A program made the translations under genes and the position numbers. Below the pieces are notes generated by a model. That model was not told the origin of the DNA. It searched no databases and saw nothing but the letters and a program-made list of their open reading frames with translations. A DNA stretch of 64,000 nt from Eukaryota sp. TZLM1-RC (taxonomy: Eukaryota; Protista; Metamonada: BaSk clade), in contig JAUPSS010000011.1 of the NCBI GenBank assembly GCA_040285825.1, positions 186,001 to 250,000 of the forward strand, written 5' to 3'. Below are positions 1-11,511 of this stretch, piece after piece (positions within the stretch are counted from its first letter, which is position 1; each line of letters begins with the position of its first letter).

Positions 1-186
1 ATTGTATGTATTAACCTTGGGAAAATAGTTGATGATGTATTGAAAGGAGGGGAGATCAGATTAATGTATAGCTATAAATATAATGTAAGAATACAATATT
101 GTCAATTTAGTCTCTCGTCCAAAAGGAAAAAGGTGTCTGCCTTGAGTGATCCTATCCTATATCATCTCAGCTTGTGGTCTTAGCAC

Positions 187-1188
187 ATGTCCATCTCTTC
201 CTCTACGAAACTTCCTTGGATAGAAAAGTACCGTCCAAAAACATTAGATGATGTCATTGCTCATACAGACATTCTTTCAACACTCAAACATCTACTATCA
301 CAGAATCGTCTACCACATCTTCTTTTCTACGGGCCTCCAGGTACGGGCAAGACATCAACCATTCTAGCCATTGCAAAAGACATGTACAAGGAGAATTTCT
401 CTCGAATGACTCTGGAACTCAATGCTTCTGACGAGAGGGGCATAGACGTCGTACGTGAACGTATTAAAGACTTTGCCGCAACAGGGGTTCTGTTTTCAAA
501 AGGATATAAGCTCATTATACTTGACGAAGCTGATCAAATGACCAATGCTGCTCAGTCTGCTCTTCGTAGAATTATAGAAAAGTACACCAATAACGCACGG
601 TTTTGTCTTATTTGCAATAATGTTAATAAAATCATTCCTGCAATCCAATCACGTTGTACACGTTTCCGTTTTGGTCCACTTCCGATCGACTCGGTTAGAA
701 ACTGTTTGGATTCCATTATTGAAAAAGAAAACATCAAGGCAGATGTAGCTGGTAAAGATGCCCTTCTCACACTTTCCAATGGTGATATGCGAAGAGTCTT
801 GAATATTCTTCACTCTACCTACTTGACTTTTAAGGAAGTCACGTCAGCCAATGTGTATGCAACTACTGGACAGCCGAGTCCTTACTTAGTCAAACGAATT
901 GTATCTGTTTTGTTGGAAAAAGATTTAAGTGAAATTGTAAATGAAATCAATAATTGTAGGCTAGAAAAAGGAATCTCTTTGTTGGACTTGGTTTATAGCA
1001 TTCATGATTCTGTTGTTGACCAAGATTGGCCTGTTAAAGTGAAATCAATGCTGTTATTAGAATTGGGCAAATTAGAAGAAAGGTTAAATCATGGTGCTGG
1101 AGAAGGGGTGCAAACAGCCGCTTTGGCTGGGGTGTTTATCATAGCAAGAGAGTTGGTGAGTAGTGAAATGGACAAGATGGAGAGTTGA
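187..1188 (+). CDS. RFC5: Replication factor C small subunit (yeast Rfc3 / human RFC5 type)
   Basis: PWIEKYRP, Walker A GPPGTGKTST, LELNASDERG, Walker B IILDEAD, SRC motif; intronless 333 aa ORF. Confidence 0.92.
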   Translation: MSISSSTKLPWIEKYRPKTLDDVIAHTDILSTLKHLLSQNRLPHLLFYGPPGTGKTSTILAIAKDMYKENFSRMTLELNASDERGIDVVRERIKDFAATGVLFSKGYKLIILDEADQMTNAAQSALRRIIEKYTNNARFCLICNNVNKIIPAIQSRCTRFRFGPLPIDSVRNCLDSIIEKENIKADVAGKDALLTLSNGDMRRVLNILHSTYLTFKEVTSANVYATTGQPSPYLVKRIVSVLLEKDLSEIVNEINNCRLEKGISLLDLVYSIHDSVVDQDWPVKVKSMLLLELGKLEERLNHGAGEGVQTAALAGVFIIARELVSSEMDKMES

Positions 1189-1388
1189 TTCAATAAATTT
1201 TATTTATCCTTTCACTAATGATTCAGTATTAAATTACACCAAAAGAACACTTCCTACTGTATTATTGTATTGTGTTTTGTGATTCTTTGATGAGGCAATA
1301 AGCACAAGGTGGTTTGAGAGGTAAATCTAGGGTCAAGAGAATAGGTTTGTGGGCTGAGCAATTGTGATGTTCTCCTTTATTCTCTTTC

Positions 1389-1527
1389 ATTTCGACCAAA
1401 AAACTTAAAAGGAAAAACTTAATGCTCGTGCTGGTTTAGTAATAGTGAAGCTTGTCTGGAAGATATTGAATTCTAGATAGATTTTTCTTATCTCAATAAA
1501 TATTGATAGTAAAAAAAATTTCGACCA
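1389..1527 (+). mobile_element. 5'-truncated 3' tail of CRE-like non-LTR retrotransposon (family B) with A-tail and 10-bp TSD
   Basis: 1421-1505 aligns to the 3' end of the element at ~34993-35075 (GATATTGAATTCTAGAT...TTATCTCAA); A8 at 1511-1518; ATTTCGACCA at 1389-1398 and 1518-1527. Confidence 0.8.
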
Positions 1528-1754
1528 TTAGAGGCCAATCTCTTTTTGTTACACATACTAAATTTTCGAAGATTACCCAAACTTCACAAGTGCAATATTT
1601 GTATCAATTGAAAAAACAAAACAAAGCATATTTTCGCTCTATACGCCAAGTACTTGACCAGTTGAACCTTTTTGTGTGATGAATGTTTAAATAACTTTAA
1701 TATGAATATAAATGTTAACTATTGATCAAACTTTGTGTATAACAACTGAATCCA

Positions 1755-2795
1755 ATGGACCTCTCTACTCTAAATTTTGCTCCTCAAACTCTCGAGGCAC
1801 TGTCCAATGCTGGTTTCAAAAATTCGTCTGACCTTCTTGGTGTGTCTATCATTGACCTTATAAAGAAGACAAGTTTAGATGAAAATGAAGCCCTCACTGT
1901 TGTACATTCAATACGTCCTTTTCATGATTCATCAACTACTTTTCGTGGCATTTCTGCTCTGGAACTTCTTTCTACTTCCTCTCCTAACCCCGTTATTTCA
2001 TTCATCAGAGACCTCGACAATCTGCTTGATGGTGGATTTCCTACTGGCACTATAACTGAACTCATTGGAGCTCCGAATTCTGGGAAAACTCAACTTTGCC
2101 TGCAACTGACTGCTGATGTTTACATCTCGTCCTGCCTTGGTGGCACTCAAGGAGAAGCTGTTTTTATTGACACAGAAGGAGATTTTTGTTCGAATAGGCT
2201 ACAACAAATTTCAATGGCTGTGGTTGAACATTTGGTATCCACCGTCCAATCAAATCTACAATCAAATTCTCAATCAAGTGATGATTTTGACCGATTGATG
2301 GGAGGTATTTCAGTTGATTCAATAATGCAAAAAACAATTGTTTACCGGGCATTTGATTATCTAGAATTACTTGCAATTATTTACTCACTAAGTGAATTAA
2401 TTCAGAAAAATTCAAATATTAAATTATTAATAATAGACTCAATTGCTGCTCCTTTTAAGTATGCGTTTGGTGAAGATTATGCTAATAGAACCAGAATCCT
2501 ACACGAATTAATGACTTTTTTGAGAACTTTCGCTTTTGAAAATAATGTTGCTGTCGTGCTTACCAATCACTTGGTTTCAAAAAGCAATCAATCAAATGAT
2601 CAATCAATCAATCAATCAGTTGCCTTTGCTCCTGCCTTGGGAGACAGTTTTGGACAACATTGTTCAACTAGATTGTTGTTAAGTATATGTGAAGAATCAA
2701 AGAGAAGGAAAATTATTTCAATTAAGCCAAATAATTCTCAAACAGATGATGTTTATTTTGATATCAATAATTTAGGAGTTCGAGGGTCAACTTGA
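1755..2795 (+). CDS. RAD51C: RAD51 paralog C
   Basis: GAPNSGKTQLCLQLTADV...GGTQGEAVFIDTEG, Walker B LLIIDSIA, VVLTNH, PALG motif. Confidence 0.85.
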   Translation: MDLSTLNFAPQTLEALSNAGFKNSSDLLGVSIIDLIKKTSLDENEALTVVHSIRPFHDSSTTFRGISALELLSTSSPNPVISFIRDLDNLLDGGFPTGTITELIGAPNSGKTQLCLQLTADVYISSCLGGTQGEAVFIDTEGDFCSNRLQQISMAVVEHLVSTVQSNLQSNSQSSDDFDRLMGGISVDSIMQKTIVYRAFDYLELLAIIYSLSELIQKNSNIKLLIIDSIAAPFKYAFGEDYANRTRILHELMTFLRTFAFENNVAVVLTNHLVSKSNQSNDQSINQSVAFAPALGDSFGQHCSTRLLLSICEESKRRKIISIKPNNSQTDDVYFDINNLGVRGST

Positions 2796-2979
2796 TTTAT
2801 CAATTTTCTTTTTAATTAATTTTTGTATTTTTATAACATTATTGAGGTGTTTTTCTGTACTTTTTTGCTTTTATAACTCTTTATATTTTTGTCTCCATTT
2901 TTTTGCGTTTGTAAGAAATAGTTTATCAACATTTTGTAAATATTTTACAACAAAAACTTTATTCAAATAAAAAACTACT

Positions 2980-5900
2980 TCAATTAGAAACATCAATCAT
3001 TGACAAAAATAAATCTCTTCCCAAAGTTAATTCTAATACTGAACCATTTAATGTAAGATTAACACTAGATTTTCCAATACAATTCTGAGTAAAAGATTCA
3101 TAATCTAACAATGGCAAGACCTTGGCAATAAGGGGGAATTCGTCCAAAATTTGATTAGAAACTATAGGTGTAGCTGCACAAAGAACAATTCGAAGAGAAG
3201 ATTCTTCAATTTGCACAGTCTGTTCTCCCAAAACTTTGAGATACTTGGGCACTTCATTAAAATTAGAAATCCCGCATTTAAGTTTGGAGAAAACAAACCC
3301 ACTTCTATTTGAAGAATGTTTTTTAATAACTTCAAGTAAATCAAAATCATTAGATTCAACAAAAACTTCGATTCTATTTTCGGGAGTTAGACCACTAGTT
3401 TTCCTCAATTTTTGGATAAATGAAACAACTTCTCGGACTTTACCCATTTCCAAAAGCTCAGGGGTTACTTTCAAATTCAACAAACAAAGAGATCCTTCAT
3501 CACCAGGCAATGCTTCAAATAGCTGATTCTCATTTTCGGTAAAGGAACGTTGAATTAAAACATCATTCAGAGTAAGGACAAATCCATCACGTTCCATTTG
3601 ACCCTCATCACGTAACTTTGACACATCATCATGAGTCATGTTACTAATAATAGCACCAACTTTCTTCATATTTTTACCCAATTTAGGACCCAAAGCCTTG
3701 AAATTTGGCTTGGCTGATAAGCGAACATATTCCCCTTCTTCAGTGGTGACCAATACATTCTCCAAGTTAGTTTCAGACATAATATACTGTTTGGTTGCTT
3801 CAATGTCCTGAATGTAACCATTATCAGTATGAATTACTACAACTTGACTTAAAGGCTGCTTGACAGGAAGCTTGTTGCGATCTCGAATAGTTCTGATCTT
3901 GATAATGACATCTTGCATTCTTTCAATCATTTTCTCGATTGATTGATTAGTTGCGTGTTCCATAACAGTCGGAAACTCCAAGAAATGAACGGACTGTTCC
4001 GTATTTTGCTGATATTTACCTAATTCTTGGTAAATATGTTCAGTTAAAAAGCAAGCGAATGGAGCCATACACAAATTAAATTCAAAAACTACATAAAAAA
4101 GAGTTTGTAAGGACAAACGAGCCTCTTCCACTCCCAAAGCACCTCTGATACGGTCTCTGTTTAACCGCACATACCAATTAGAAAGGTTTTGCACAAAGTT
4201 TAAAATTTGGGGCACAACACAGTAGACTCTATAGCTTTCCATTTCAGTTCTGATGAAAGAAATTAGAGAATTTAAAGAGGAAATGATCCACTTATCAAAA
4301 ATATTATCTGACTTAAGTGCAGTTTGGGTATCAACAACAAATTCTCCGAGATTCTGATTGAAACGGTCAATATTCTGGGTCAAAAACTTAAAAGAATTGA
4401 ACCAGGGCAGTAAAACATCCCTCAGGATCCCCTCAACTCCAACCTTTCTAAACCTCAAAGATTCCCCCTTCATGACTTGGGAATTAATAAGATAGAGTCT
4501 CAATGCATCAGCTCCATGGTCTTTAACAACCAGCAAAGGATCGGGATAGTTCTTTAGCCTCTTTGACATTTTCCTGCCATCTTCGGCCAAAACCAACCCA
4601 GTAACGACTAGGTTCTTGAAGGCAGCAGAGTCAAAAAGGGCGGTCGAGAGCACCAGCATTGTGTAGAACCAACCTCTTGTTTGGTCCATAGCTTCAGCAA
4701 CAAAATCAGCCGGGAAGGTTGATTGGAATGATTCAGGGTTGGTGAAGGGGTAGTGCTTAGATGCGTATGGCATAGAGCCAGATTCAAACCAACAATCAAA
4801 AACTTCAGGAATTCTTCTTAATTCTGAGCCTGGGTTTGACTTTGAAGGAATGGTGATGTCATCAACGTGATCTCGATGAAGGTCAGTAACTCTAACGCCA
4901 GATAATTTGTATAATTCTTCAACAGACGATACTACTACAATTTCTGAGAAATCTTCATTAGTCCAAATAGGCAAAGGTGTCCCAAAGAACCTAGACCTAC
5001 TGATAGCCCAATCACGGGAGTCTCTTAACCAATTATGAAACCTTCCTTCTTGAATATTTTCAGGAACCCATTTAGATTTCAAATTATTGACCAAAAGCTT
5101 CTCTTTCAATTCAGTAACCTTGACAAACCAAGAAGGTACAGCTCTGTAGAGCAAAGGGGTTTCTGATCTCCAACAGAAAGGATAAGAGTGAGTGATTGTT
5201 CCTTTTCTAAACAATCTACCATTGGCCTTTAATTCAGCAATAAGACTTTTATCAGCATCCTTCACATACTGACCACAATAATCACCTACTTCTTTGGTAA
5301 ACTCTCCAGCACCATTGATAGGGCAAACAGGAGGGTTATCATAACCAGTAATCCCTCCTTCCAAACAAACTCTAGCATCATCCTCTCCAAAACCAGGTGC
5401 AGCATGGACGACACCAGTACCTGTTTCAGAGGTGACGTAACCATCTACGAGGATGTAGAAAGAACTAGGTCGGGATTTGAAGTAAGGAAAGAGTGGAATG
5501 TACTGCTTGCCTTTGAGGGTCGACCCAACAAAAGATGATTCAATCTCATAGTCTGGCTCAACTTTTTCCTTCTTTTTGCTCTTCTTGATGGGGAAAACAG
5601 TATTCAATAAAGCTTGTGCTAATATGTACTTCTGTCCCGTTTCCTTCATTACTATCCGGACATACTCCATCTCAGGATGAACCACCAAAGCCAAGTTAGA
5701 AGGAAGAGTCCAAGGAGTGGTGGTCCAGGCTAAAAGGGAAACTTCTGGGTCATCAACGAGAGGGAAAGTAACGTAGATGGCAGGATCTTCAACGTCCTTG
5801 TAGTTTTGATTAGCCTCAAAGTTTGAGAGAGAGGTTTGCAGACCAGTAGACCAGGGCATCACTTTGGTTCCTCTGTATACCAAGTCTTTCTTCCAAAGTT

Positions 5901-6485
5901 CGGAAAAGACCCACCATACAGATTCCATAAAGGAAGGGTCCATGGTTTTATAGTCATTCTTGAACTCGATCCAGCGGCCGATACGTGAAATAACGTGTTC
6001 CCAGTCTTCCCGGCAACGCATTACAATGGATCGGCAAATGTCGTTGTACTTGCCAATACCCATAGCTTGGACATCAGCCTCACCGTGGATTCCATGGAGT
6101 TTATCGACTTCATGTTCTATGGGGAGACCTATGATGAGGGCGAGTGAAGTCAGGCATACCGTGAGTGTCCCATCCAAAGTTTCGGGGAATATAGTGTCCC
6201 TTCATGGTGAAGTAACGCACAACTACATCCTGAGATGAAAATGGGACAAGTAACAAACCTTGAGAACAGAAATGAGAATATGGCCATAATGGGGTTGACC
6301 AGTAGCAAAAGGAGGCGAGGGTTAGTGATAACAAGAGCATACTCCGCTGAGATAAGCGAAGAAAGGTGAAAGCCAAACTCGTAAAAGGTATATAAGGGTT
6401 TGTCCTTGGTTTTTTCAAGAAGTGTATGGAAAGCGTCAATGTCCTCCCAGAATTGAAGTACATCTTTCTCATCGGGAAGTCCCAT
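2980..6485 (-). CDS. IARS1: Cytosolic isoleucyl-tRNA synthetase, 5 exons: 6485-6379, 6346-6343, 6315-6259, 6229-6160, 6128-2980
   Basis: Removing four 27-32 nt introns restores [16 protein letters not shown] (HIGH motif) and FGWDTHGLPIE; [16 protein letters not shown] and DQTRGWFY lie in the large exon. Confidence 0.95.
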
Positions 6486-7602
6486 GATCGATCAGGATGC
6501 CAGATTGGGTTAAGGATTGAGGAAAAGTCAAATTTGGATATTGTCTGATTCAATAATCAAATGTTCTTCAACTGCTGTTCCTGTTGAAAAGAACAAATTT
6601 CCTCTTTTCGTACAGTGCTTCAAAACATTATTGTAAATATTTCAATGTCTTTTGGTTCCAAAATCCCCAAAAATTCGTCCCATTAATTTCTGATTGTTTT
6701 TACGAAGAATTATAGTTTATACAAAAAAATTGAACGAATGAATTGAATTCATTCAATAAACAAGTGTATTATGTAAAACAACAAGAGTAAAAAGAATATA
6801 CAATTTTACTTTGAACCAAAACCTAAAATTCAAATTCATCATCAAGAATTACTTCGTTCTGGTCTTCTTTATCAAAGCTAAACGGTTGTTATGATGTACA
6901 ATTCAATTAATCATCCTAACAACACATATCAAATAACCTTTTTTTTTCTTTTTTGTCATGAACTGTGAACAACATTACAGTATGCAACATGTTTGATCTC
7001 AATCAAAATCTGTCATAACATACTCGCGTGACTGTGTACATGGAACAGTCATTTAACCAAGGTATATTTGAATGAATTCCCCTATTTCAGCTAGAATCAG
7101 TTTAACAAATCTGTAGCATGAGAAGGTTTAAAATTGTACACAGAAACACCGCTGTTTAACAAAACTTGATTTGTGCTGGGCTGAAATTGATCAATATATT
7201 ATATACTTAACAGTACTTAACAATTAATATTATATATTATTAGGTAGAATATATATAATAAAAACATATTATTAAAAAAAGAAGAATTATTTATTGTCCA
7301 ATTTTGTGAATAAGAGATCACTTGGTGTTTCATACTGGTATTAACTAATCAAATGTCCCTTTTGGCAACAATACATAGAGACTAGTAATAACAAAGTAAA
7401 TGTGATATGAAGATATGCTTTTCATCAGGACATGTTCATTCAAATAGCACAAGTTTGTCAGAATAGATTACTGTGTTGTGAGACATGAATTTGGAGCACT
7501 TGAGGGGGAAATAAAAGTGATTGATATGTATATCAAGCAAAAGGAAAACTAATACAAGGATAGTGGTTACTGGAAAATGGAGGTGAATATTTACAACAGC
7601 AT

Positions 7603-8185
7603 CAATTCAAGAATAGTGACAGGTACTCATTGAAGAATAGACGAGAGCTACCACCCAGCAATGAGGGGATGTGATGTGAAATGAAGAATGGGAAATTACC
7701 AACGTCATGCAGCGAAACTACAAAGACTTGAAGATCTTGCTGACTGATAAAGATCTTGGAACCATCACCTAAACCCTATGTGCAAAAAAAGGGGTTGAGT
7801 CTTCGCTCTAATACTCCAATCCTATGCGGAGGAGTTGCTAATCTTCTCTGTTTAGTTCCTGTTTTAGGAGATGCCTCAAGAGTTGCCTCTTGGGCAATTC
7901 AGTAGGATTGCGAAAGTGAGAAAATTCGATGGTGGAAAAGACAGCAAGATTGCGTGGAAAATTTTTTTGAATTATAATAAACTTTAACAAGTTTCTGTTG
8001 TTGTTTTCATACTGAAGCTGTGATGTAAAACTAGGTCTTGTTTGAGCTGTTATCATTGTTACAAAAGCACGTACTGACTGAAACTATCTAATAAAAGAAA
8101 TGGATTGAATTTTACATCATGCTCAATTAAATCACTTCCTATTGGAAACAAGCTCATGAAACTTTCGTTTCTGAGCATGGCTATA
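7603..8185. repeat. ~580-bp block around the U6 gene, duplicated in inverted orientation at ~41985-42547
   Basis: Long near-identical reverse-complement matches, e.g. 8030-8165 vs 42000-42135 and 7603-7740 vs 42410-42547. Confidence 0.85.
7784..7895 (-). ncRNA. U6: U6 spliceosomal snRNA
   Basis: Minus strand reads GCCCAAGAG-GCAA-CUCUUGAGGC (5' stem-loop), CUAAAACAGGAACUAA-ACAGAGA-AGAUU-AGC, ISL ACUCCUCC-GCAUA-GGAUUGGAGU, then U7 Pol III terminator; 112 nt. Confidence 0.92.
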
Positions 8186-8633
8186 TAGACTTCTGCTGTT
8201 AAAATTGTCACACTAACGATGGTCTATTTTATTTATATGCTGTTTCTCTGACAACTTGCACTAGAAAGTGAATTTCACGAAAATAATATCACGGAAACAG
8301 GTCAAATTATATTTTACAACATTGACACAATAACGTGGAAAAGTGAAGAATGTCATCAATTAAAGACAATTAAAATGATGAGGCTTAATTGTGATGGAAA
8401 GTGTATTGATTACAAGGGATCACAGAGTAACCTTCTTCTACGGTGTGTATGAATGTCGCACACGATGAAATAGAGGTGAAAACTGTTTGGTGAAACACAT
8501 CAACTGGAAAAACAAACAGTATCAACTTATTTGGAAGACCAGTTAAAAATAAAATAGTCTTTAAATGCAACCAACCTAATCTTAACATGTCCTAATTCAA
8601 GATCTGATTATCAGTTTTTTGTGTTAAAACCAG

Positions 8634-8691
8634 AGGCTACAGGTAATGGGGAAACTCCCCCTAGCCTAATGCACACGATCAAATTTCGTGC
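8634..8691 (-). ncRNA. Candidate short omegaRNA-like hairpin pair downstream of Fanzor remnant
   Basis: Stems GCACGA/UCGUGU, and AGGCUA/UAGCCU enclosing GGGGA/UCCCC; ~55 nt past the Fanzor stop, after an AT-rich spacer. Confidence 0.45.
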
Positions 8692-8744
8692 GGAATAATT
8701 ACCAATAATTAAAAATAAAAATTAAAAAAAAATAATTACAAAAA

Positions 8745-8940
8745 CTATCTACTACACAGATGCTGAGGCCTTTCTATGCCACTCATTCTGGCTTCAGCAA
8801 TTGCAAACATATTCAGACAAGCCAGCTTATTTCTATTGAAAAGCGTTGCTGAGCCATTGTTACTGAGTTTGCAACTCTCACTATTACAAGCTAGTAAACC
8901 AAGACACGTAAGGTCTATGTCTTACATCTTTGATGTCTAC
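8745..8940 (-). pseudogene. Fanzor (TnpB-like) C-terminal remnant
   Basis: 8912->8745 translates as LTCLGLLACNSESCKLSNNGSATLFNRNKLACLNMFAIAEARMSGIERPQHLCSR*, matching the Fanzor1 GLLxC..C...WNRD..A.LN(M/I)...G..RP..L.R tail; the RuvC-III Asp is mutated to Asn. Confidence 0.8.
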
Positions 8941-9013
8941 ACAATAACATAAATCAATACAAATTCTATTGTTTATAAATGAAATACTAACATTAAATGT
9001 GCTAATGTTCATT

Positions 9014-9051
9014 TAACCTAACCCTAACCCTAACCCTAACCCTAACCCTAA
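9014..9051 (+). repeat. Interstitial telomeric repeat (TAACCC)n
   Basis: TAACC(TAACCC)5TAA, i.e. TTAGGG repeats on the minus strand. Confidence 0.9.
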
Positions 9052-9054
9052 TTT

Positions 9055-9432
9055 AGTCTGAAGGGAAAATGATACAAAGACTCGACTAATACTAATGATT
9101 AACAGTAATTGGTGATCACTGCCAAGTTGTTATAGGGATCGAGGACCGGGAACAATGAAGACCTAGGAAATAAAAAGAACCTACCAAAGGAAAAGGCTAA
9201 GTGTAAGGTCATTCTAATAGATGAGTTTCAAAGAGTAGAGAAAACAGTTGAAACATTGGAAAAATCAGTGGAAAAATCCGACCAAGGAAGATATTTGAGA
9301 CATGTATTTGTCACAGGCCTATCACATGTGTATTATATGAAAGTATGTGAAGCATAGATTAAAATGCTTCGTTACATCACCTGACAGTGATTGGAAGCAC
9401 ATGTAAAGAAGGAGATAGAACAGTACGCCCTC
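9055..9432 (+). pseudogene. Degenerate Fanzor1 RuvC-II/zinc-finger/RuvC-III remnant
   Basis: With stops and frameshifts: SEGKMIQRL..VVIGIEDREQ*RPRK*KEPTKGKG..KVILIDEF..CHRPITC..NASL; also aligns at the DNA level to 43618-43745 (TGACA.TGA.TGGAAGCACATGTAAA). Confidence 0.75.
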
Positions 9433-9496
9433 AAAGAGCCACGAAACTAGCAGTAGGCAAAATCCAATTTTAGAAACCTTATTGGTGTTGCCCACC

Positions 9497-10618
9497 ATGG
9501 AAACCACACCTCTCGTTCCATCTACACCCACACGGGCTGCTAAGCAGCTGGAATCTGAAACTTCTTCAGATCAGTACTTTGAAAAACTGCGACCTGTGTT
9601 TACACCTTTCATACACCAGTATCCCCACTATAGCATTTATGAAACTGTAAAAGTGGTAATCTTTAGTGTCACTGTTTTTCCTATCCGCTTTATTACGTCT
9701 CTTGTCATCCTTGTTTCACTTTGGATCGCACTTCTCCCTGCTACTCTCTTCAACACACAGAGACGCCTGGTAAAACTCTACATCCGTCTTTTCGCGACCA
9801 TTTTACTCAAAACCCTACTTGCAGTCAATGGTTTCGTTTTCTTTAAACGACTCTATGACCCCTCTCCAGAGAACCCTGGAAAGCACAGAAGGAGAGGAAA
9901 AAGGAGGGTTGTAAATGCAACTATTGTAGTTAACCACGTTTCTTGGGTAGACATTGTTTACTTTGCAGGTGAGATTTTCCCTTCTTTTATAGCAAAAGCC
10001 GAAGTGTCACGGATTCCATTCATTGGTGTGTATCTCTAACCCTAACCCCAGGTAAGATTGCAAAGTCAGCAAATTGTCTTTTTGTCAATCGGTCTGATCC
10101 AAACTCAAGGCAACTCATTTCTTCTTCCATGAATGAGCGAATGTCTGATGAGTCGAAGAGTTCCCTACTCATCTTCCCTCAAGGATGCACCTCTGATTCT
10201 TCACATATTACGCAATTTCAGTTAGGTGCATTCAGGCCAGCTAAACCAGTTCAGCCTGTGGTGCTATGCTATGAATACAAGAGGGGAAACCCTTCTTGGG
10301 ACACTGCTCATTTTCTTTACGTTTGTTTGGAATTATTTATTATTCTTATCCAAGGTGTTTTGGAGGTGCGCCTGTCAGTTTTACAACAAAGTTTCTGTAC
10401 TCTATCTCCCACTTTATCACCCCTCTGAAGAGGAGCAGGCAAACCCCAGGCTCTTTGCAGACAACGTTCGTCATGAGATGGCAAAGGCAGGGGGATTAAG
10501 GGCAGTAGAGAGTGGATATAGGGAGAAAAGGATATATGAGGAAGTGCTTTTCGGTAAGATTTCTTCTAGGGAAGCGAATAGCATACTGGAAATTGAACGT
10601 CAAGCTAGGGTTGTTTAA
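9497..10618 (+). CDS. Lysophospholipid acyltransferase (LPCAT/LPEAT family), exons 9497-10025, 10052-10320, 10355-10618
   Basis: NHVSWVD (HxxxxD), FIAKAEV, IFPQGCTS, FQLGAF; 26-nt and 34-nt GT-AG introns join the three ORFs in frame. Confidence 0.9.
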
Positions 10619-11511
10619 TCATTTGATTGGATAATTGATTGAAGGTTTGGTTAATGGTGTATTTTTTAGTATTTGTTGTACATTTAGTTTTTTATTAGAT
10701 TATGATCTTTAGTTTTTAAAAGTGATTGTTATTAGTCTTTACCTTCCTTCCAAGTTTTTCAAACATTTGTTGAACTTTAACAAGAACAACGGGTTTTAAG
10801 CCAAATGTTTGATAAAGTTGTACATTCATACTTTTGCTTTATCGACGGTGTTGCTTTGTGTTTCTTCAGGTCTATTCCGGAATTTGGCTTTTTGGTAGCA
10901 ACTGGAAAGTCGAAACAAAAATGGCAATTATTAAAAATCAATTGCAACTATTTAGAATCTCGACCTGAATAAATTCATCACATCACAATATTTATAAAAG
11001 TTAATGCATTTATTCTAAGTGAAAGGAAGCCTTAACATCCCATTGCAATTTGTCAACACTTAATCCTCGCTTTCCACATCTCCATTGGAAAGGTTACTTC
11101 AATCAATGGCAAGTTTTCATCTTTGTTTAACAAACTTTAAGTACAGTTTGTATTGATTTGTCTTACACAGAAAGAACCAGAATACGAAGTAGATTTTAAC
11201 AATACCGAAAAACAGTGACAATGCAAACCAAAATACAGTTGTATTTGTTTAAACAAACCCTAAGACTGGCCACTCTATTGAAAAACCAAACCACCAAAAA
11301 GTTGCAAAATAATTAAATTACACTTAAATCATTTATCAAAGTTGAACATAAATTTTGATCATAGTTTCCAAGACTTAAACCACAAAACTATTTTTGAAAT
11401 ATCTTATTTGAAATAAGCCATGTGGGAATAAGATAATAACCATCATCAATAACTACAGATGTCTCTCCAACAAATAACCAGGGGATAAGTGAAAATACTG
11501 TTTATCTTCAA

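Noticed and set aside
7600-7800. MULE transposase-like ISDKDLG peptide in the duplicated block
   Set aside because: The frames are full of stops and run straight into the antisense of the U6 gene; one short motif is not enough.
8290-8450. WD40-like pseudogene fragment
   Set aside because: Only a vague TETGQIIFYNIDT resemblance; cannot be supported.
10036-10050. CTAACCCTAACCCC as a telomeric insertion inside LPCAT
   Set aside because: Only two units; explained as the CTAAC branch point of a 26-nt intron.
10759-10812. 11-bp inverted repeat downstream of LPCAT
   Set aside because: AT-rich single hairpin with no second copy or context; compatible with chance.
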